Source: Christensenellaceae bacterium (GTDB taxonomy: Bacteria; Bacillota; Clostridia; Christensenellales; Aristaeellaceae). From it: 38,426 bases of DNA. Below the pieces are notes generated by a model, which saw nothing but the letters and a program-made list of their open reading frames with translations, made no database searches and was not told the origin of the DNA. Made by a program: the position numbers and the translations under genes. Numbering within the stretch: position 1 is the stretch's first letter; each line of letters starts with the position of its first letter. The stretch lies in contig JADGQP010000056.1 of assembly GCA_017881705.1 (NCBI GenBank), forward strand, positions 1 through 38,426, read 5' to 3'. This document shows positions 33,609-38,426 of this stretch, piece by piece.

Positions 33609-35255
33609 ATGGCAAACGGAGGCGCAAGCGTGAGCGATAAGCAAAGGTCCCTCGTCGGCGGAATGGCGATTTTAAGCGTTACAGGCTTGATCTGTAAAAT
33701 CGTCGCAGTTTTATATCGCATTCCGTTGGCATGGCTGATCGGCGATCAGGGATTTGGCACGTTTCAGTTGGTTTATCCAACCTATAACCTGCTTTTAACC
33801 ATATCCTCCGCGGGTTTGCCGGTGGCGGTAAGCCGCATGGTCAGCTTTTCGCTGTCCCGTAACGATCCCCAAAACGCGCGGCGCGCGTTCCGTAACGCTC
33901 TGTCCATCCTGTCGGTGATGGGCGCCATCGGCATGTTCCTGATGATTGTGTTCAACCCGTTTTTGAGCGCTCGCGTTGGCGACCCGAAAACGCAGTTGGG
34001 TTTCATAGCCATCGCGCCGGCACTTTTACTCGTATGCACCATGAGCGCCTTCCGCGGTTTCATGCAGGGTCAGCAGAACATGGTGCCTACGGCGATCAGC
34101 CAGCTGATCGAACAGGTGGGCAAGGTGGCGGTAGCCCTTCCGCTGGCCTACCTGGGTTCACGCGTCGGCATGGGCACGTCGCAGAGCATCAATGTGAGCT
34201 ACGCCGCGGCAGGGGCGTTGTTTGGTAACTCCATCGCCGAAGGTGTGGCACTTTTCTATATTACCGTAGTATACCGCCGTCGCCGTCCGGCTTTTCAGCA
34301 ACTGCCACAGGATGAAAGCGCCGAGAAACTCAGCGGGCGGGCGCTGACCAAGCGGCTTTTAACGTTGGCCATCCCAATCACGCTTTCCGCCTGCATCGTA
34401 CCTCTGGCGGCGTTTATCGATTCCGGGATGATTATGAACCTGCTTACGCAAACGGCCGGCTTCGCGCAGGAGGAAGCGCGCGCTATGTACGGCCGTTATT
34501 CCGGCTATGTCATCAACCTGATTAACGTACCCACCGCGCTGTCCATAGCGATATCGATGAGCCTGGTACCCGCGGTATCCGCGGCCGTAGGCCGAAAGGA
34601 CTGGAAAGGCGTTCGCCGCCAGAGCCATACGGGGCTTCGCATGGCGTTTTTAATCGGCCTTCCCTGCAGCCTTGGCATGAGCATGTTGGCAAGCCCCATT
34701 CTTACGCTGGTTTACCCGTTCCCCACGCACGAATCCCTGGTGCAGACGGCGGAGCTGTTGAGCGTGTCCAGCTTAACGATTGTTCTTTTTACGGTGGTAC
34801 AGGCTACCAGCAGCATCCTGCAAGGGCTGCATAAGCAGCGTATTCCGATGTACACGCTGCTGATCGGCGTTGGATTTAAAATTCTGATCAACTACAACCT
34901 GATCGGCATACCGGAAATCAACATCTACGGTGCGCCGATGGGTTCGCTGGTCTGCTACGGGGTCAGCATGCTGCCCAACCTGTACTACGCGCATAAATAC
35001 GCCCGCTTGCCATACGACCCGCTGAATATTTTCTTCAAACCTTTGGCAGCCACAGCCTGCATGGGCGCGGCGATCTACCTGGCCCAGAAGGTTCTGCCTT
35101 CCAGCCGCCTCACTACGCTGTTGCTGATCCTGATTGGCATCATTTCCTATGGCGTGTTCGCCCGTCTGTTGGGCGCGCTGCACAAGGAGGATCTGCGGCC
35201 GTTTACCCGAAGAATCCGCGCAAAAAAGCACGCTTCTCAAACGCCCCAGTCATAA
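33609..35255 (+). CDS. MOP-superfamily flippase (MurJ / SpoVB / YabM-like)
   Basis: 548-aa polytopic membrane ORF. GTG 33630, 6 nt after the GGAGG at 33619-33623, is the more likely start. The position upstream of a yabN/mazG homologue matches the Bacillus yabM-yabN order. Confidence 0.8.
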   Translation: MANGGASVSDKQRSLVGGMAILSVTGLICKIVAVLYRIPLAWLIGDQGFGTFQLVYPTYNLLLTISSAGLPVAVSRMVSFSLSRNDPQNARRAFRNALSILSVMGAIGMFLMIVFNPFLSARVGDPKTQLGFIAIAPALLLVCTMSAFRGFMQGQQNMVPTAISQLIEQVGKVAVALPLAYLGSRVGMGTSQSINVSYAAAGALFGNSIAEGVALFYITVVYRRRRPAFQQLPQDESAEKLSGRALTKRLLTLAIPITLSACIVPLAAFIDSGMIMNLLTQTAGFAQEEARAMYGRYSGYVINLINVPTALSIAISMSLVPAVSAAVGRKDWKGVRRQSHTGLRMAFLIGLPCSLGMSMLASPILTLVYPFPTHESLVQTAELLSVSSLTIVLFTVVQATSSILQGLHKQRIPMYTLLIGVGFKILINYNLIGIPEINIYGAPMGSLVCYGVSMLPNLYYAHKYARLPYDPLNIFFKPLAATACMGAAIYLAQKVLPSSRLTTLLLILIGIISYGVFARLLGALHKEDLRPFTRRIRAKKHASQTPQS

Positions 35256-35272
35256 CGAAGGAGGCCTTCGCA

Positions 35273-36721
35273 TTGCATACCATCACCATCGCCACCGTTT
35301 CCACGGGAAACGTTTCCCTGTTGACCGCTCAGACGATCGAGGCGCTGCGCGCCGCTCAAACGCGGGTGTTGCGCACCGGCCGGCACGCGTTGGCCGCCTG
35401 GCTTACGCAAAACGCGCTTCCGTTTGAAACGTTGGATTCGCTCTATGAGCAAAGCGAGGATTTCGACGCGTTCAACGCGTCGGCCGCAAAGCGATTGCTT
35501 GCGCTTGCGCAGGCAGGAGACGTGCTGTATGCCGTGCCGGACGCCGCGATGGATGCAACCGTGACGGAGCTGAAACGAGCTGCAGGTGTATCGCTTGCTT
35601 TTTTACCCGGAGTGAGCCACACGGATCGCTGCCTTGCGGCTCTCGGCCTTCCCGTCGGTTCGCTTAGGCTGTGTTCCGCGGAAGCGTTCCGCGAATCGCG
35701 CGTAAACCCCGGGGAGGGGCTTTTGCTGTGCGAACTGCACAGCCGTGAGTGCGCGGGCGATTGCAAGCTCAATCTGATGCACCTGCTCGCAGACGATACG
35801 TCGGTTACGCTGCTGACCGGCAAGGAGGACGGCACGCTTGAGAAGGTTGAGATACCGCTTTTCGAGCTGGATCGCCGTACCGCGTATGACCATCTGACAG
35901 CCTGCTACATACCCCCCGTGCCGATGGAGGCGCGTAAACGCTTTGATATGGACGATCTGGTGGCGGTGATGAAACGGCTGCGCGCGCCGGACGGCTGCCC
36001 CTGGGACAAGGAACAGAGCCATGAAAGCCTGCTAACCAACCTGCTGGAGGAGAGCTACGAGTTCATTGGCGCCGTACGGGACGGAGACACAGCCCACATG
36101 TACGACGAACTGGGCGATGTGCTGCTGCAGGTGGTGTTTCACGCCGAGATCGCGCGCCAGCACGGCGATTTTGATATCGGGGACGTTACCACCGCCATTA
36201 CCGGCAAGATGATCGAGCGCCATCCCCATATCTTCGGCTCCGTACGCGCGGATACTTCCGCGCAGGTGCTGGAAAACTGGGATGCCATCAAGCGCAAGCA
36301 GCGCGGCATCCGCAGCGTATCGGAATCCATGCGCGACGTTTCTACGGGCCTGAGCGCCTCCATGCGCGCCGAAAAAGTACAGCACAAAGCAGCGAAGGTC
36401 GGCTTTGATTTCCCGGACGCGCTTTCGGCGCTTGGCAAAGTGCACGAGGAAGCCGAGGAAGTGCGCGATTGCCTGGTCCGGCAGGTTGATCCCGAAATGG
36501 AATTGGGCGACCTTTTCTTCTCGGCGGTGAACGTTTGTCGCCTTTGCGGAAAAAACCCGGATATCGCGTTGCATACCTCGACCGATAAGTTCGTTGACCG
36601 TTTTACGAAGATGGAAAATTCTGTACGAAAGGCCGGAAAATCAATTGAGGCCTTGACTTTGTCCGAAATGGATGTATACTGGGAAGCAGAAAAGCAAGAG
36701 AAGCCGTCGGTTGAGGGCTAG
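35273..36721 (+). CDS. mazG: YabN-type fusion of a tetrapyrrole-methylase-like domain with a MazG NTP pyrophosphohydrolase
   Basis: 482 aa. TTG 35273 lies 8 nt after GAAGGAGG. MazG motifs are CPWDKEQSHESL, LEESYEF, DELGDVLLQVVFHAEI and ERHPHIF, plus a second MazG repeat. Confidence 0.88.
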   Translation: MHTITIATVSTGNVSLLTAQTIEALRAAQTRVLRTGRHALAAWLTQNALPFETLDSLYEQSEDFDAFNASAAKRLLALAQAGDVLYAVPDAAMDATVTELKRAAGVSLAFLPGVSHTDRCLAALGLPVGSLRLCSAEAFRESRVNPGEGLLLCELHSRECAGDCKLNLMHLLADDTSVTLLTGKEDGTLEKVEIPLFELDRRTAYDHLTACYIPPVPMEARKRFDMDDLVAVMKRLRAPDGCPWDKEQSHESLLTNLLEESYEFIGAVRDGDTAHMYDELGDVLLQVVFHAEIARQHGDFDIGDVTTAITGKMIERHPHIFGSVRADTSAQVLENWDAIKRKQRGIRSVSESMRDVSTGLSASMRAEKVQHKAAKVGFDFPDALSALGKVHEEAEEVRDCLVRQVDPEMELGDLFFSAVNVCRLCGKNPDIALHTSTDKFVDRFTKMENSVRKAGKSIEALTLSEMDVYWEAEKQEKPSVEG

Positions 36722-36791
36722 AAGTCTGCTTTTCAACGGTCAACCCGAAATGCACCATGTAAATGGTCCAATAACAAAGGAGGAACTACCT

Positions 36792-37070
36792 ATGAACAAA
36801 GCTGAATTGACTGCCGCTATCGTTAAAAAGACTGGTTTCACCAAGAAAGATGCCGAAAAGGCCCTTGGCGCCGTGACCGAGTCGATTACCGCCGCTCTTG
36901 CCGCCGGTGAAAAGGTTCAGGTCGTCGGCTTCGGTTCCTTTGAGGTCCGTAAACGTCCCGCCCGTGTTGCCCGCAACCCCCGCACCGGCGAGCAGATTAA
37001 GATCGCCGCTTCCAAAGCGCCCGTGTTCAAGGCTGGCAAAGCCCTGAAGGAGAGCGTCAACAAGAAGTAA
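36792..37070 (+). CDS. hup: DNA-binding protein HU
   Basis: Track ORF 36672..37070. I moved the start to ATG 36792 (MNKAELTAAIVKKTGFTKKDAEKAL...), 7 nt after the AAAGGAGGAA RBS. Motif GFGSFEVRKRPARVARNPRTGEQIKI. 92 aa. Confidence 0.95.
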   Translation: MNKAELTAAIVKKTGFTKKDAEKALGAVTESITAALAAGEKVQVVGFGSFEVRKRPARVARNPRTGEQIKIAASKAPVFKAGKALKESVNKK

Positions 37071-37108
37071 GCGCGCAGGCAAATGCCCGAAACAATCCAA
37101 GGGCGTTC

Positions 37109-37142
37109 AGGCCGCCGGCATCGATGCGGGCGGCCTTTTTTT
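37109..37142 (+). terminator. Intrinsic terminator after the HU gene
   Basis: AGGCCGCC (37109-37116) pairs with GGCGGCCT (37129-37136) and is followed by TTTTTT. Confidence 0.85.
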
Positions 37143-37241
37143 ATAGGGTGAAAAGCATCTCCCCCATCATTATTTCTTGTATGTGTGAGGAAAGGTAGTC
37201 CTTGGCCGTCTAATGTTTAGAAAGGTTCGAGAGGTGATTGG

Positions 37242-37697
37242 ATGGACAAGGACTTCTTCGTGCAGGAGGTTGAAGCGCACAGCGAGATGATGTACCGCGT
37301 AGCCTTCACAATCCTGCATAATGACGACGCCTGCAGGGACGCCCTGCAGGAAGCCGCACTAAAGGCATGGGAAAAGCGGAACACGCTTCGGAACGCTCAA
37401 TTCTTTGTTACCTGGGTCACGCGCATTCTAATCAATGTCTGTCACACGTTTCAACGTAAACAGCGCCGCGTCACACCGCTGGATTCCGTTCCGGAACCGG
37501 CGGCGCCGGCGCCCGATCCGGCGTTGGCCCTGGCGCTGCACGCGCTGCCAGAGAAGCTTCGTTTACCTCTGGTGCTTCGTTATGCCGAAGGAATGGACGA
37601 AGCGGAGATTGCGCAAACCCTGCGCTTGCCCGAGTCCACGGTTCGCGGCAGGCTGTACCGCGCAAAAATCCAGCTGAGAAAGGAGCTTGAGGTATGA
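37242..37697 (+). CDS. ECF-type RNA polymerase sigma-70 family factor
   Basis: 151 aa. GAGAGGTG RBS. The region 2 pattern is FFVTWVTRILINV. Region 4 HTH is MDEAEIAQTLRLPESTVRGRLYRAKIQLRKEL. Confidence 0.85.
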   Translation: MDKDFFVQEVEAHSEMMYRVAFTILHNDDACRDALQEAALKAWEKRNTLRNAQFFVTWVTRILINVCHTFQRKQRRVTPLDSVPEPAAPAPDPALALALHALPEKLRLPLVLRYAEGMDEAEIAQTLRLPESTVRGRLYRAKIQLRKELEV

Positions 37698-38426
37698 ATA
37701 TGAGCAAGATCGAACCATTTGACCTTCAAAAGGCGTTTCACCCGATGCCAGACGCCTGCCGTGCGGCGTTGATGGACACAGCACGCTCCGTACAGACTGA
37801 AAATCGGGTGAATCGCACGCTGCGGCGGGTTTTACTAATCGCCGTACTGGTTCTGCTGGCCGTAATGGCCGTTGCTTACGCGGTTAGCAGCCTGGGGCTG
37901 GTCGATTTTTTCGGCCGGTATTACCATACCTCGGTACCCGACGCAGCCAGGACCGAGCTGTCCGCCACCGAACAGAAGGCTTACAGCGTCGGACCCCTGA
38001 ACATCACGCTTCGCGAAACGCTGGCGGACGGGCGGCTCGTTTACGTCACTACCGACGCGACACCCGCGGACGGTTCCACCGCGCTAATTCAGATGTCCAA
38101 CAGCGATATCGGGGATCAGCTTCCAGCCAGCGAAGCCACCCGGTTGAAAGTGCCTGAAAGCAGCACTTTTCTTGAAGCCGCTAAATCTGTCGGCGTGCCG
38201 TTGTATACGGTTTTATCCTATCTCTCCATCGAAGATGATATGAGCCAGGAGGAGATGCAAGATATTCTGTGGGATTCCGACGGTTCCGCGCTGCTTGTGG
38301 ATATGTTAATCACCCATCCGGAAATCATGCCAAAAACGCTGTCGGGAACACTGCATCTCAAGGTTGTGGAAATTAACACATCTTCCGTTGAGTACGCGGA
38401 AGTTTCATCGTGGGAAACCGAAGATA
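37694..38426 (+). CDS. Putative membrane-anchored anti-sigma factor (partial, runs off the right edge; not in the ORF track)
   Basis: ATG 37694 overlaps the sigma stop (ATGA). My own translation reads MNMSKIEPFDLQKAFHPMPDACRAALMDTARS...RRVLLIAVLVLLAVMAVAYAV (single TM), then an open extracytoplasmic region to the window end with no stop (244 codons). Confidence 0.6.
   Translation, partial: MNMSKIEPFDLQKAFHPMPDACRAALMDTARSVQTENRVNRTLRRVLLIAVLVLLAVMAVAYAVSSLGLVDFFGRYYHTSVPDAARTELSATEQKAYSVGPLNITLRETLADGRLVYVTTDATPADGSTALIQMSNSDIGDQLPASEATRLKVPESSTFLEAAKSVGVPLYTVLSYLSIEDDMSQEEMQDILWDSDGSALLVDMLITHPEIMPKTLSGTLHLKVVEINTSSVEYAEVSSWETED

Noticed and set aside
37190-37241. Possible ECF autoregulatory promoter (CGTCTAA at 37207-37213)
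   Set aside because: No GAAC/AAC-type -35 lies at the required 16-17 nt spacing (upstream reads TGTGAGG/GGAAAG), so the evidence is too weak to call.
1-38426. Looked for CRISPR repeats, IS or transposon inverted repeats, integrase/recombinase genes, phage genes, reverse transcriptases, toxin-antitoxin pairs and defence-system signatures (nuclease/helicase/ATPase islands)
   Set aside because: None was seen. All sizeable ORFs are accounted for by housekeeping, transport, signalling or glycoside-hydrolase functions. Apart from 4004-4840, GC content looks uniform.

Overview
This window looks like a high-GC (roughly 60% in genes) Firmicutes/Clostridia-type chromosomal segment. It is densely coding, mostly on the minus strand.

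- **Left (11-3932):** a CUT2-type sugar ABC importer operon, ordered SBP-permease-tandem ATPase. An AGGAGG right after the ATPase stop suggests it continues past the left edge.
- **4004-5611:** an anomalous 837-nt ORF-poor spacer of about 42% GC, then a small ferredoxin gene and an HD-domain gene.
- **Centre (5.6-19.3 kb, minus strand):** the conserved block rimP-nusA-ylxR-ylxQ-infB-rbfA-nrnA-truB-ribF-rpsO-pnp-M16 peptidase-dUTPase-like. Promoters, leaders and intrinsic terminators are recognisable.
- **19.4-33.5 kb:** an MBL-fold hydrolase, then a glucuronoxylan/aldouronate-utilisation locus. It holds a GH39 beta-xylosidase, an RR-HK-RR (YesN/YesM-type) operon, an LplABC-type ABC importer, a GH8 Rex-like exo-oligoxylanase and a GH67 alpha-glucuronidase.
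- **Right:** a MurJ/SpoVB-type flippase, YabN/MazG, HU, an ECF sigma factor, and a partial anti-sigma-like gene that runs off the right edge and is absent from the ORF track.

I found no rRNA, tRNA, CRISPR array, transposase/integrase or recognisable defence genes. I do not see a compelling novel multi-gene system. The best leads are:

1. The 837-nt low-GC non-coding spacer, a candidate large ncRNA or decayed insertion.
2. The one-kinase/two-regulator signalling operon in the xylan locus.
3. A tandem ABC ATPase whose second ATP site is degenerate in all three motifs.
4. A RibF homologue that lacks the riboflavin-kinase motifs.
5. A strongly expanded tandem-repeat N-terminus in IF-2.
6. A long structured leader upstream of rimP-nusA.

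All family calls rest on motifs read by eye and on gene order. No database search was run.
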